Shown piece by piece: positions 31,071 to 41,224 of a DNA stretch of 64,000 nucleotides. This DNA comes from a bacterium (GTDB lineage Bacteria > Zhuqueibacterota > Zhuqueibacteria > Residuimicrobiales > Krinioviventaceae): positions 4,640,001-4,704,000 of the forward strand of contig OY843751.1 in the NCBI GenBank assembly GCA_963693055.1. Reading direction: 5' to 3'. Numbering within the stretch: position 1 is the stretch's first letter; the number at the start of each line of letters is the position of its first letter. The translations under genes and the position numbers were made by a program. A model generated the notes under the pieces. It had not been told where the DNA came from and made no database searches. It saw only the letters and a list, made by a program, of their open reading frames with translations.

Positions 31071-32681
31071 ATGAAACGCAGAGAGTTTTTCAAAACAACC
31101 GGAGTTGCCGCACTGGGCAGTCAACTGGCTTGCACTAAACCCGGACAATCTCCGTCCCCCAATCAAGGATACAAAATCAAACCCTTTCCCCTGCTCGAAG
31201 CAACCATCACCGATTTACAGCAAGGAATGCAATCTGGTGAATACACCGCCCATTCCATTACGCAGCTCTATCTTGAACGCGTTGACGAAATCGACAAAAA
31301 CGGTCCTTCACTCAATGCAATCATTGAACTAAATCCTGATGCTTTGGAAATCGCGCAAAAACTCGATCAGGAGCGTAAACAGGGCAACGTCCGCAGTCCC
31401 ATGCACGGCATTCCGGTGCTGATCAAGGACAATCTCGACACTGCCGATAAAATGATGACCACTGCCGGCTCTCTGGCACTTGAAGGATCTATCACATCAC
31501 TGGACGCCCACACCATAACCCAATTGCGCAAAGCCGGGGCAATCATTCTTGGTAAAACCAATCTCAGCGAGTGGGCCAATTTCAGGTCCATGCGTTCTAC
31601 CAGCGGCTGGAGCGGACGCGGCGGCCAGACCCGTAATCCCTACGCACTGGACCGCAATCCCTGCGGATCCAGCTCGGGTTCAGGAGCAGCGGTAAGCGCC
31701 AATCTCTGTGCTGTAGCCATTGGTACGGAAACCAACGGATCTGTTGTCTGTCCCAGTAACTCCAATGGTGTTGTGGGTATCAAACCTACATTGGGACTCG
31801 TCAGCCGTTCCGGCATCATCCCCATTGCGCATTCACAGGATACAGCCGGACCCATGGCGCGCTCCGTTGCCGACGCTGCCCTTCTGCTCAGTTTCATGGC
31901 AGGAGCGGATGCAAAAGATCCCATCACGCAAAACAGCAATACACTTATCGATTATACGCAATTTCTCGATCCAAACGGATTGCGGGGCAAGCGCATAGGT
32001 ATTGCCCGTAATTTCTTTGACTTTCATGACCGGGCAGATGCCCTGATGCAAGAGGTAATCGATGTTCTAAAATCCCAGGGAGCTGAAGTGATTGATCCCG
32101 CCAACATTGAAACCAGTGGAGACTATGGCGACAGCTCGTTCGAGGTGCTGCTGTATGAATTTAAAACCGATCTCAACAAATATCTGGCAAATCTGGGCTC
32201 CAATGTACCGGTCCATTCATTGAAGGAACTGATCGAGTTTAATGAAACCCATCGTGACCGCGAAATGCCCTATTTTGAACAAGAAATTCTGATCATGGCA
32301 CAGGAACGCGGGGACCTTCAAACCCCGGCATATCTGGATGCTTTAAAAAAAGTAAAGCGCCTCTCACAACAGGATGGCATTGACGCCACCCTGAAAAAAC
32401 ACAATCTGGATGCCATCATGGCCCCAACCGGAGGACCGGCCTGGCTAACGGATTGGGTCAATGGCGATCATTATTCCGGCGGTAGTTCATCTCCCGCGGC
32501 ACGGGCAGGGTATCCCAACATTACCGTACCCTGCGGCGACATTTTCGGGCTCCCCATTGGCGTTTCCTTTTTCTCAACCGCATTCACGGAGCCCAAGCTC
32601 ATACAGATCGCCTATAGTTATGAACAGGCAACCCAACTCAGAAAAGCACCGCAATTTTTAAATACATGTAATTTTTCATAA
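31071..32681 (+). CDS. Amidase signature family enzyme, Tat-exported
   Basis: KRREFFK; IKDN, GKTNLSEWAN, GSSSGSG, GTETNGS. Confidence 0.93.
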   Translation: MKRREFFKTTGVAALGSQLACTKPGQSPSPNQGYKIKPFPLLEATITDLQQGMQSGEYTAHSITQLYLERVDEIDKNGPSLNAIIELNPDALEIAQKLDQERKQGNVRSPMHGIPVLIKDNLDTADKMMTTAGSLALEGSITSLDAHTITQLRKAGAIILGKTNLSEWANFRSMRSTSGWSGRGGQTRNPYALDRNPCGSSSGSGAAVSANLCAVAIGTETNGSVVCPSNSNGVVGIKPTLGLVSRSGIIPIAHSQDTAGPMARSVADAALLLSFMAGADAKDPITQNSNTLIDYTQFLDPNGLRGKRIGIARNFFDFHDRADALMQEVIDVLKSQGAEVIDPANIETSGDYGDSSFEVLLYEFKTDLNKYLANLGSNVPVHSLKELIEFNETHRDREMPYFEQEILIMAQERGDLQTPAYLDALKKVKRLSQQDGIDATLKKHNLDAIMAPTGGPAWLTDWVNGDHYSGGSSSPAARAGYPNITVPCGDIFGLPIGVSFFSTAFTEPKLIQIAYSYEQATQLRKAPQFLNTCNFS

Positions 32682-32698
32682 TCCGTAAAGGCAGTAAA

Positions 32699-34099
32699 AT
32701 GAAACGAAGAACATTTTTAAAAGGACTCTCACTTTCCGCTGCTCCCCCCCTGTTTTTACAATGCACCCCAAAAGAAACCATCGAAAAGCCCAATATCATC
32801 TTTATCATGGCGGATGATCTGGGATACGCAGATCTGGGTTGTTATGGTCAAAAAAAGATCAAGACCCCCAACATCGACAAGCTCGCTGCCAACGGTATGC
32901 GTTTTACGCAGTGCTATGCCGGTGCAACCATTTGCGCGCCCTCTCGCAGTGTACTGATGACAGGACAACATACCGGTCATACACGCATTCGCGGCAACAT
33001 GTGCAAATACGGCGGAACCGTTGGGCACAAAGGCAATCGCGAGGTGCGGCGCATGAATCTGCTAAAAGAGGATGTCACGGTAGCCAGTGTGATGCAAACA
33101 GCGGGATATCGTACCTGCCTGGCCGGTAAATGGCATATTGGTGGCTTTAATCCCGATGCCGGACCACTTGACCGTGGATTCGACGAGTTTTACGGCGCTC
33201 TTACCTATTCCGGACGGGAGCACGGTCCCGCATACTGGCCGCGTAAATGGTTCCACAATCGTGAAATGGTAGAGGTTACAGGCAACCAGAATGGCGAAAA
33301 AGGCTATTACCGCACCGATCTAAACACTGACCGGTCCATCTCGTTTATCAAGAAAAACCTGAACCGGCCTTTTTTCCTTTATCTTGCTTACTCTAACCCC
33401 CACAGCCCTTTTGACGCACCAAACACAAAAGCCTATGACCATGAAGACTGGCCCGAGGAGGAAAAGCTGTACGCGTCCATGGTGGACAATCTGGACCGCA
33501 ACGTCGGTAAGCTTGTACAGGCGCTCAAGGATTCCGGTCTTGAAAAGAAAACGCTGGTGCTGTTCTGTTCTGACAATGGACCTCGCTCAGAGCCGTCAGA
33601 GGTACAAACACGGGTCTCGGATTTCTTTGATTCCAACGGTCCCCTGCAGGGATACAAACGCGACTTGTACGAAGGCGGCATTCGTGTGCCCATGATTGCC
33701 TACTGGCCGGATAAAGTACCCAAAGATACCGTCAGTGATGCCATCTGGTATTTTGCCGATGTACTGCCAACCGCCGCGGACCTGGCAGGCGCAACTGCAC
33801 CGGACAATATTGACGGCGTCAGCATGGTTCCCTCTCTGATGGACCCGAAAACACTGCCCAAAGAACGTTACCTGTACTGGGAATTCTTTGAAGGCGGATT
33901 TCAACAAGCGGCACGCTGGAACCAGTGGAAAGCCATACGTCCCGCATTGGGCAAGCCCCTGATGCTATTCAATCTGGACAATGACCTGGGCGAAGAAAAA
34001 AATATTGCGGACCAGCATCCTGAAATCATTGAACAATTTGAAACATACTTAAAAACTGCCCGTTCCGAATCCGAGAACTGGCCGTTGGAGGATGCTTAA
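32699..34099 (+). CDS. Cys-type sulfatase (S1), Tat-exported
   Basis: KRRTFLK; ADDLGY, CAPSR, GKWH, SDNG, LYEGGIRVP. Confidence 0.93.
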   Translation: MKRRTFLKGLSLSAAPPLFLQCTPKETIEKPNIIFIMADDLGYADLGCYGQKKIKTPNIDKLAANGMRFTQCYAGATICAPSRSVLMTGQHTGHTRIRGNMCKYGGTVGHKGNREVRRMNLLKEDVTVASVMQTAGYRTCLAGKWHIGGFNPDAGPLDRGFDEFYGALTYSGREHGPAYWPRKWFHNREMVEVTGNQNGEKGYYRTDLNTDRSISFIKKNLNRPFFLYLAYSNPHSPFDAPNTKAYDHEDWPEEEKLYASMVDNLDRNVGKLVQALKDSGLEKKTLVLFCSDNGPRSEPSEVQTRVSDFFDSNGPLQGYKRDLYEGGIRVPMIAYWPDKVPKDTVSDAIWYFADVLPTAADLAGATAPDNIDGVSMVPSLMDPKTLPKERYLYWEFFEGGFQQAARWNQWKAIRPALGKPLMLFNLDNDLGEEKNIADQHPEIIEQFETYLKTARSESENWPLEDA

Positions 34100-34517
34100 A
34101 CATACATTCAACCTCCCGAGGATTTAAAACCCCGGGTGACTGTTGAAAAACCCATACAATCTCCTTACCAAATTTTATTTGGTAAGGAAAGTTGGCTCCA
34201 AGCTGTGCTTGGAGATAATTTTACAGCGCACAGAACGTTAATTTACAAGCAATTGCGAAGCAGAGCTTTGCACCCTAGTTCCGTCCCAAAGGGACGCTTT
34301 TATCCACCCGGTATTGAAACATTAATTATACTGCGTCCCATTCGCCAGCTGGCGGATGGGACAGAGAGTTAACCGGTTGCCGAGTGTCCCGAAATTGCTT
34401 CGGGACGTATAAAAGCATTGATCGCAATGCAGATTCCTGCATTGCGGGATATTGCACAGGGACATTCGTCCCCAAAGTTAACCATCACTATTGGAAATTA
34501 CACCACAAGGAGTTCAC

Positions 34518-35882
34518 ATGCAATCAACAACATACAATCGCAGAGACATGCTGAAACTTGGCGGTGCGCTCGTTCTGGGCTCCGCATTGAGCGCCAAAGC
34601 CGCTCAAAACAACACATCCGCGCCCAAACCGGACCGTCCCATCACCGCCGTGGTACTGGGGGCCGGATCACGGGGTAACCGATATGCATCCTATAGTGAA
34701 AAATACCCGGACGAGTTGAAAATCGTGGGTGTAGCCGAGCCTATCGACCTGCGCCGTGAACGTTTTTCCAAACGCTACAATATCCCCGAAAAATACCAAT
34801 GGGTCACCTGGGAGCACGCGCTCGAGATCCCCAAATTTGCTGACGCGCTCATTATCACCACACCCGACGCCCTGCATTATGGTCCCGCCATGGGTGGACT
34901 GGCATTGGATTATGATATGATCCTTGAAAAAGTGGTGGCCCAGACCTGGCAGGAATGTAACGATATACTAAAACTCGCAAAAAAACAGGACCGCATTGTA
35001 GCGGTCTGCCACGTACTGCGCTATTCGCCCTATTTCCGCAAGCTCAAAGAGATCATGGATTCCGGTATTCTGGGCAATGTCACCAGCATACAACACAAGG
35101 AAAAAGTAGAGCATGTGCACATGTCGCACTCGTTTGTCCGCGGCAACTGGCGCAACAAGGCAGAATCCAATCCCATGATCCTGTCAAAATCATGTCACGA
35201 TCTTGACATCCTGCGCTGGCTCATTGGCAAGTCCTGCCTGCACCTGTCGTCATTCGGATCGCTCAAACATTTCCGTGCCGAAAACGCACCCAAAGGCAGC
35301 ACACCCCGCTGTACCGATGGCTGCGCTGTGGAAGCCGAATGCCCCTACTCGGCCCTGCGCATCTATTACCGCAACCGCACCTGGCTGCACCACATGGACC
35401 TGCCCCAATCCGGAGATCAGGGTCCCGCTATTCTTGAGCACCTCAAAAATGGACAATACGGACGCTGTGTGTATCATTGCGATAATGATGTGGTAGACCA
35501 CCAGATTGTTGCCATGCAGTTTGAAAACCAGATCACCGCAACCTTTAACATGGAAGCCTTTACCTCTAAACCGGGACGCGAAACGCATGTGATGGGAACC
35601 ATGGGAGATGTGGTGGGAGACGAACATGTCCTCACAACCACAGATTTTCGCACCGGTCAGGAAACCGTCTGGGATGTTCGGGACCATGTGGATTCGCTCT
35701 CCGGGCATGGCGGTGGTGACTACGGACTTGTACACGATTTCGTCCGTGCAGTCGACCGGCACGACGAGTCCCTGTTGACATCAAACATTGAAGCCTCAAT
35801 GGAAAGCCATTTGATGGGATTCATGGCAGAAAAAAGCCGCCTCAACAACGGCACCAGCATAAAAATTGAACTGGATATTTAA
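34518..35882 (+). CDS. Gfo/Idh/MocA family oxidoreductase, Tat-exported
   Basis: AGGAG RBS; NRRDMLK; GAGSRG, HSFVRGNW, KSCHDLD, GHGGGD. Confidence 0.9.
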   Translation: MQSTTYNRRDMLKLGGALVLGSALSAKAAQNNTSAPKPDRPITAVVLGAGSRGNRYASYSEKYPDELKIVGVAEPIDLRRERFSKRYNIPEKYQWVTWEHALEIPKFADALIITTPDALHYGPAMGGLALDYDMILEKVVAQTWQECNDILKLAKKQDRIVAVCHVLRYSPYFRKLKEIMDSGILGNVTSIQHKEKVEHVHMSHSFVRGNWRNKAESNPMILSKSCHDLDILRWLIGKSCLHLSSFGSLKHFRAENAPKGSTPRCTDGCAVEAECPYSALRIYYRNRTWLHHMDLPQSGDQGPAILEHLKNGQYGRCVYHCDNDVVDHQIVAMQFENQITATFNMEAFTSKPGRETHVMGTMGDVVGDEHVLTTTDFRTGQETVWDVRDHVDSLSGHGGGDYGLVHDFVRAVDRHDESLLTSNIEASMESHLMGFMAEKSRLNNGTSIKIELDI

Positions 35883-35942
35883 GGAGCGAACCATCCACTC
35901 GATTATTCTTTAAAAAGCCATAATCTTAAAAAATCTACAACT

Positions 35943-35997
35943 CTCCGTCCCAAATTTGATTTGGGACGGAACTATGGTGCAAAGCTCTGCTTTGCAA
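35943..35997. repeat. Uninterrupted (empty) copy of the REP-like palindrome
   Basis: ctccgtcccaaatttgatttgggacggaactatggtgcaaagctctgctttgc. Confidence 0.8.
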
Positions 35998-36222
35998 AAA
36001 TAAATAAAAGAGGTAGAGTGCATTATTTCAAGGAATGCGGGCCGTCAAAGACGGTCTTGGATTCATACTGATTTAAAAGCCAGGCAGTAAAAATCTGTGG
36101 TACCCATTATAGCACGAATTGTATGATTCCAATATGCTATTATAGAAACCGTATAAAAACCCAAGACCACAGGCCCAGGCCACAGGCTTGTTCTGTGTTT
36201 TTTTATAATACTTTTTAAATTC

Positions 36223-37392
36223 TTATTTATTCCCTTTTGCTCTATTGTGCGTTTTACATAACATTTGACAGTTATTAATATCTGTTGCTCCGCCTTTACT
36301 CCACGCTGTGACATGGTCTGCATCCATTTCACTGAGTTTCCAAATTTTTGTTTTGTTAGAGTCGTGTCCAATTGCACATAAAGGACAGTTCGAAATACTA
36401 TCTTCTTCTGCTTCTGATGTTTGTTTCTTATAAATAGTTTTTTTTGTAGCCTCGTCAAAAACTCTAACTTCTAAAAGCTTTGTATCTGTTGAGCCACCAA
36501 GTATATATTCAAAGACCCCTTTCCGATTCTTAATATAAGGGTCTCCATAAAGTTCATTTACCTGCTCTGACACTTTTTTAGCATTATACGATTTTTTGTG
36601 GTATTCTTCATAAAGACGACCCCATTCAAGCCCTTTCATTTCAGATTCAACGTCTGTAAATACAGTTGAAACCCAGTCAATAACGCAATTGAAATATGTT
36701 TTTAGTTCATTAATATTGGTATCATGACGATGACGGCTCATATATCCCCCAATATTACCTTTGCTTACCCAATCAAATGCACGTTCCAAAAAATCTTGAC
36801 GGTTAGCACTGCCTTTTATATATGCACTCCATTTTTGAATGTTAGCGTTTTGAGAATTACTAAATTCCTCTTTTGCCAAAGTAACAAATTGACCAGAATA
36901 AACAGCATTTAGCAATTCTTGATTGCTTAGCGGAACCCCTGCAATATTGATTGTTTTAAACCATTCTTTAATCTCACTTTCAGTTCCCTCGCACTCATAG
37001 ATAAGAAGTTTTGTATCTAAAATCTTATTCTTTTTATCTACTGCAAAACCACCGAATAATTGTTCATTACCGTTTTCATCTTTGATAGCAAATTTATTTG
37101 TAACGAAACGGCCAAAACTTGTAATGCGTTGTTGGCCATCAAGAACCTCCAATTTATCATCACTAACTTTATTAAAATATATCAATCCAATAGGATAACC
37201 TTTCAGTATTGACTCAATAACGGCAATCTCCCTTTTACCACCATCGGAAGCATAAATGTAATTTCTTTGATATTCAGGTTGTATAGTTAGTTTTCCCGCA
37301 AGTCCAAATAATCCTTTACCTTCAAGTTCATTATAGACAAAGCCTTCACAAATATCTTTTACTGTAATGTCCGTTATTAATGTCGTTATCAT
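36223..37392 (-). CDS. DUF262 (ParB-like/GmrS-type) + C-terminal HNH endonuclease
   Basis: PEYQRNY, LDGQQR, FKTIN.AG.PL; DADHVTAWSKGG...NCQMLCKTHNRAK. Confidence 0.9.
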   Translation of the reverse strand: MITTLITDITVKDICEGFVYNELEGKGLFGLAGKLTIQPEYQRNYIYASDGGKREIAVIESILKGYPIGLIYFNKVSDDKLEVLDGQQRITSFGRFVTNKFAIKDENGNEQLFGGFAVDKKNKILDTKLLIYECEGTESEIKEWFKTINIAGVPLSNQELLNAVYSGQFVTLAKEEFSNSQNANIQKWSAYIKGSANRQDFLERAFDWVSKGNIGGYMSRHRHDTNINELKTYFNCVIDWVSTVFTDVESEMKGLEWGRLYEEYHKKSYNAKKVSEQVNELYGDPYIKNRKGVFEYILGGSTDTKLLEVRVFDEATKKTIYKKQTSEAEEDSISNCPLCAIGHDSNKTKIWKLSEMDADHVTAWSKGGATDINNCQMLCKTHNRAKGNK

Positions 37393-37396
37393 TTGC

Positions 37397-38524
37397 TTAC
37401 CTTTTCTTTATAAAAATTCGCTTGTATACTTTTTTGTTTTTTACATAGGGCTCGTTATGCTTCTTAAAATGTGGTAATTTATATTTTTCATCAACAACAC
37501 CGTTATCACTTGCACCAATTATTTCAAACTGTTCAGGATTGTATTTGTCTAAGAAAGTAATGGGTACACCCATCACACCGTCATAATCACTTGGTATAGC
37601 ATCTGTATAAGGAACCTCAATTGCATCATAATTATCATATTTTGTATACTCTTTTCCTTTAATATTCTTATGGGAGCTAAACCTAATATTATCATTCATA
37701 GTCATCAAAGGTAGTGGTTGGTGTCTTTTGCCGTGGTCTAAATTAGTGAACCAGAGACAATTGTTTGTAGCTACAATTCTATTTCCATCTTCATCAATAC
37801 GAGCTTCTGTTCCAAATAACTCGTATGTTTCCGGCACAATAAAACCAGAAATCCAGCGCCCCATTCCAGTTCCAAGCCACATCTTATTTTCTTTAATCAA
37901 AGGGAATACTTCTTTATATGTAATGGCATTAATATTTGCAATAATTAAAAATTTCTTCTCATATTCGACAAGTTGCCTTATATACTGGCGAAAAAGACTA
38001 AATGGTGGATTGGTAACTACAATATCGGATTGTTTCAATAATGATATAGCTTCATCACTTCGAAAATCACCATCCCCATTTAAAGGTGTCCATTCATTTT
38101 GCTTATTATGTTTTAACTGCAATGCTACATCTTTCAAGCTAAATTCGCCATCGCCATCAATATCCCCAACTGAATTAATTATAAATCTATTGGCTGTTAT
38201 CTTCGGACGTCCTTTTACTTTTATAAGGGTCGAGTCATCGCCAAATAATTTAATTTGCGTATTGGCAATAGGTGAAGGCTTATAACTGGTTGTAATAAGC
38301 TGTTTTAAACCAATTCGCTTAAAGTTTAAAACGAAATATCTAAAAAAATTACTTTCAAATGGATCATCACAGTTACAATAAACAACTTTACTTCGAAATA
38401 CATCAGGATTAAATTCAAGATAAGCTTCAATCTCTTTTTGGATATCATTATACTGTGTATAAAATTCATCACTTTTAGATCTTTTAGCTTTATGTAGTAA
38501 TTTGTTCGTTGCATTTCTTGCCAT
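37397..38524 (-). CDS. Adenine-specific DNA methyltransferase, M.EcoRI family
   Basis: DEFYT, YCNCDDP, GDFRS, VTNPPFSLF, MGVPITFLDKYNPEQF. Confidence 0.9.
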   Translation of the reverse strand: MARNATNKLLHKAKRSKSDEFYTQYNDIQKEIEAYLEFNPDVFRSKVVYCNCDDPFESNFFRYFVLNFKRIGLKQLITTSYKPSPIANTQIKLFGDDSTLIKVKGRPKITANRFIINSVGDIDGDGEFSLKDVALQLKHNKQNEWTPLNGDGDFRSDEAISLLKQSDIVVTNPPFSLFRQYIRQLVEYEKKFLIIANINAITYKEVFPLIKENKMWLGTGMGRWISGFIVPETYELFGTEARIDEDGNRIVATNNCLWFTNLDHGKRHQPLPLMTMNDNIRFSSHKNIKGKEYTKYDNYDAIEVPYTDAIPSDYDGVMGVPITFLDKYNPEQFEIIGASDNGVVDEKYKLPHFKKHNEPYVKNKKVYKRIFIKKR

Positions 38525-39538
38525 GAAATTAAATATCCTTATTTAAATCTAAATTTTACATTTGTAAAAATCAGTTTTCAATTTTGCACTATCGACTCTT
38601 ACACTTACCACTTATAGACGTATATTATCATTGTGCTTATACTGCCATAATAGATGTACAACAATAATTATTTATATATTTCTTTTATCAATTCTGTTTT
38701 AATACTCATACATATGAATAACATTCAACATGTTTGACAACCAACTATATAATGCAAAAACTTGTCGTATAACAAAAATATACAAAGCATGTCAAGCTTT
38801 TAAAAATCAGAATTTTATCATTAAAAAATATGCTGTTGCTTTTATGTTATATGACTTTTATAACATAAAAGCATTTTATTATAATATTGCGCCACTAGGA
38901 TTGTGAATATCTTTATCGTCATAGTTAGATACATAAGAATAGATCGTCGTACGTAAAAATGATTTCCACCAAAAGCCCCATATAATTATATTTTAAAAAA
39001 TAATTAATGAATTTCCATAAAAATATGCAACTAAAAAGTGCCCTAGTTCTTAAAAAATGACGATTAAATAATTTATACACCCTTTGTTATCAACTTACCT
39101 TGCGAAACCAACCCCCAATATTCCCAATCGCTTCGCTGAACTCATTTCCCCAACGGTGCCAAATTTAATAAGAGATGATCAATTCACGACATACCAGAGC
39201 GACTTTTTCATCGAATACCTTTGCCTACACAAAATCGCCGTTTTTTTAACTGGCTCCGTAACTCACATGATCTTCCTTATGCTGTCTAATAGTCCGTAAA
39301 GTCGTCTACTTCAAATGCCGCTTGCTTCAAACTTTCTGTCAGGGATTGAAACATACATACGTAAACCATCCTCCCAAGGGAATCAAAACCCATGGAAAGA
39401 TTCTCCGTATCTCAAGGGGTTCAATTTTCTATTATCATCAGTGTAAATCCGTGGCTAATTTCCCATTCTTTTTTTGAGCCACAGATCTGCAAAGATCCTC
39501 ACGGATTGCTTGTAAAAGTCCTACCCGATCCCCTCATT

Positions 39539-39964
39539 CTCCGTCCCAAATTCGCAGACAGTGTAAAATTAGAAAACAATTTTGTTTTTGGAGTGCATCG
39601 CCTTTATGCGATGCGTCGGACCGAAGGTCCGATTTAAATCCGCCTGCATTTCAAATATTATAGATTCATTATTATGATGTAAATTCAATATTTTTATACA
39701 AATATAGTTGAGTAGAGGCCGTCTTTGACGGCCCGCTGTACATAAAGGTACAGCACTCCACGTCTTTGTCATTTCTCTAAGGATTAATTATATTTCCATT
39801 TTTTTAGTATTAATTTTTTTTCACAGTCTGTTGATTTGGGACGGAACTATGGTGCAAAGCTCTGCTTTGCAAATATCTATAAATTAAGGTATTGTGAACT
39901 GTGCAATTCTCTCCAGGCACAGCCTGGAGCCAACTTTCCTGCCCAAATCCAATTCGGGCAGGAG
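39539..39964. repeat. Composite repeat copy 2: same palindrome with a ~276-bp MITE-like insert (39555-39830)
   Basis: ctccgtcccaaattcg [cagacagtgtaaaa...tttttcacagtctg] ttgatttgggacggaact; internal sequence highly similar to copy 1. Confidence 0.8.
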
Positions 39965-40028
39965 ATTTGTGAGCATTCAACAGTCATACAAGGATTGAGA
40001 ATCCTCGGGAAGATTTGCTATTAGACTC

Positions 40029-41027
40029 TCAAACCATCGGTCGTTTAAAATATTCAACTTTACCATCCGCCAGGTCCTCAACCTGAGCAATCAAATCGTT
40101 GCGTTGGGATTCACTCAAACTGACAAAAGACTTGGCCAGTCCAATTTTCTCCTTTACCAGCTCTGCGTTTTCAGCACCGGTAATCAGCACACTGACCGGT
40201 AACGACCATACAAAATTCAACGCCGATTGGATACTCATCCGATCCGGCACAACCGGGTCCTCTGTCTCCCACTGGGTGTCTCCCAGCTTTTCTTTTTTCG
40301 CAAAGAACCGGCCATCCGCCAGGGTTTTCATAGCCAAGAGGGATATATTCTGTTTCTGCAATTCGGGTACAACTTTATTAATAAAACTGTGGTAACTGGG
40401 ATCAATCACATTAATGGGCATCTGCGCGGTGGTGAACACGTTCATTCCTTTGGTGCGTTCCAGCATACGCAGGTGAGCTTCAGGATTACTGTGTCCTGTA
40501 AATCCTATATGTCGCACTTTGCCTTGTTCTTTGGCTTTGATGAATACATCCAGTACACCATTCTCAATGCGTTTATCCACATCCTCCGGATCGCGCAGCG
40601 AGTGGATCTGCCACAAATCCAGATAATCGGTATTCAGCCGCTTTAACGAAGCATCCAGATGCGCCTGTACGGTTTCCGCATCTTTACCGGTGGTTTTGGT
40701 CATGATAAATGATATATCGCGAAATTGGGGAGTAAGATACTTGCCGTAGCGTTCTTCACTCACATGCGGCCCGTAGGATTCCGCCGAATCAAAAAACCGG
40801 ATGCCGCCTTCAAGCGCGGCTTCAATTGTTTCCTGCGCGTCCCGTTCGGTTGTCCACCCCACATGGTAACCGCCAAGACCCAGCATGGTCACCTTTTCAT
40901 TGGTGCCCAGTAATCGCTGGGGCAACAGAGCTCCCAACCTGTCTTTCGCCTGCTGTTCCGTTGCACATCCCACCAGAATGGCAGAGGTTGCCAGCGACAT
41001 ATTTTTGATAAATTCTCTTCTTTTCAT
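40029..41027 (-). CDS. Aldo/keto reductase, Tat-exported
   Basis: AAGGAGG RBS; KRREFIK; GLGG, FDSAESY, TK, DLWQIH, IGFTGH, AMK. Confidence 0.9.
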   Translation of the reverse strand: MKRREFIKNMSLATSAILVGCATEQQAKDRLGALLPQRLLGTNEKVTMLGLGGYHVGWTTERDAQETIEAALEGGIRFFDSAESYGPHVSEERYGKYLTPQFRDISFIMTKTTGKDAETVQAHLDASLKRLNTDYLDLWQIHSLRDPEDVDKRIENGVLDVFIKAKEQGKVRHIGFTGHSNPEAHLRMLERTKGMNVFTTAQMPINVIDPSYHSFINKVVPELQKQNISLLAMKTLADGRFFAKKEKLGDTQWETEDPVVPDRMSIQSALNFVWSLPVSVLITGAENAELVKEKIGLAKSFVSLSESQRNDLIAQVEDLADGKVEYFKRPMV

Positions 41028-41224
41028 GGTTACCTCCTTGTTGACAAATCTATTACTTCTGAATCGCCAAATCTCAATATATTCAACCATGAATGTATGA
41101 AAATTATTCTATAGGAATGTATTTTCGGCAAGCGCCTGAATCTATATCGAGGCACATTACCTTAACCTGCCAAAGTCTTGATAAACAGTTAAAATAGTCA
41201 CATTATCCTCAAAAGGGAATACCA

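Noticed and set aside
39270-39320. ttatgctgtctaatagtccgtaaagtcgtctact, reminiscent of an integron attI region
   Set aside because: No following GTTRRRY core, no integrase and no attC-bounded cassettes are visible.
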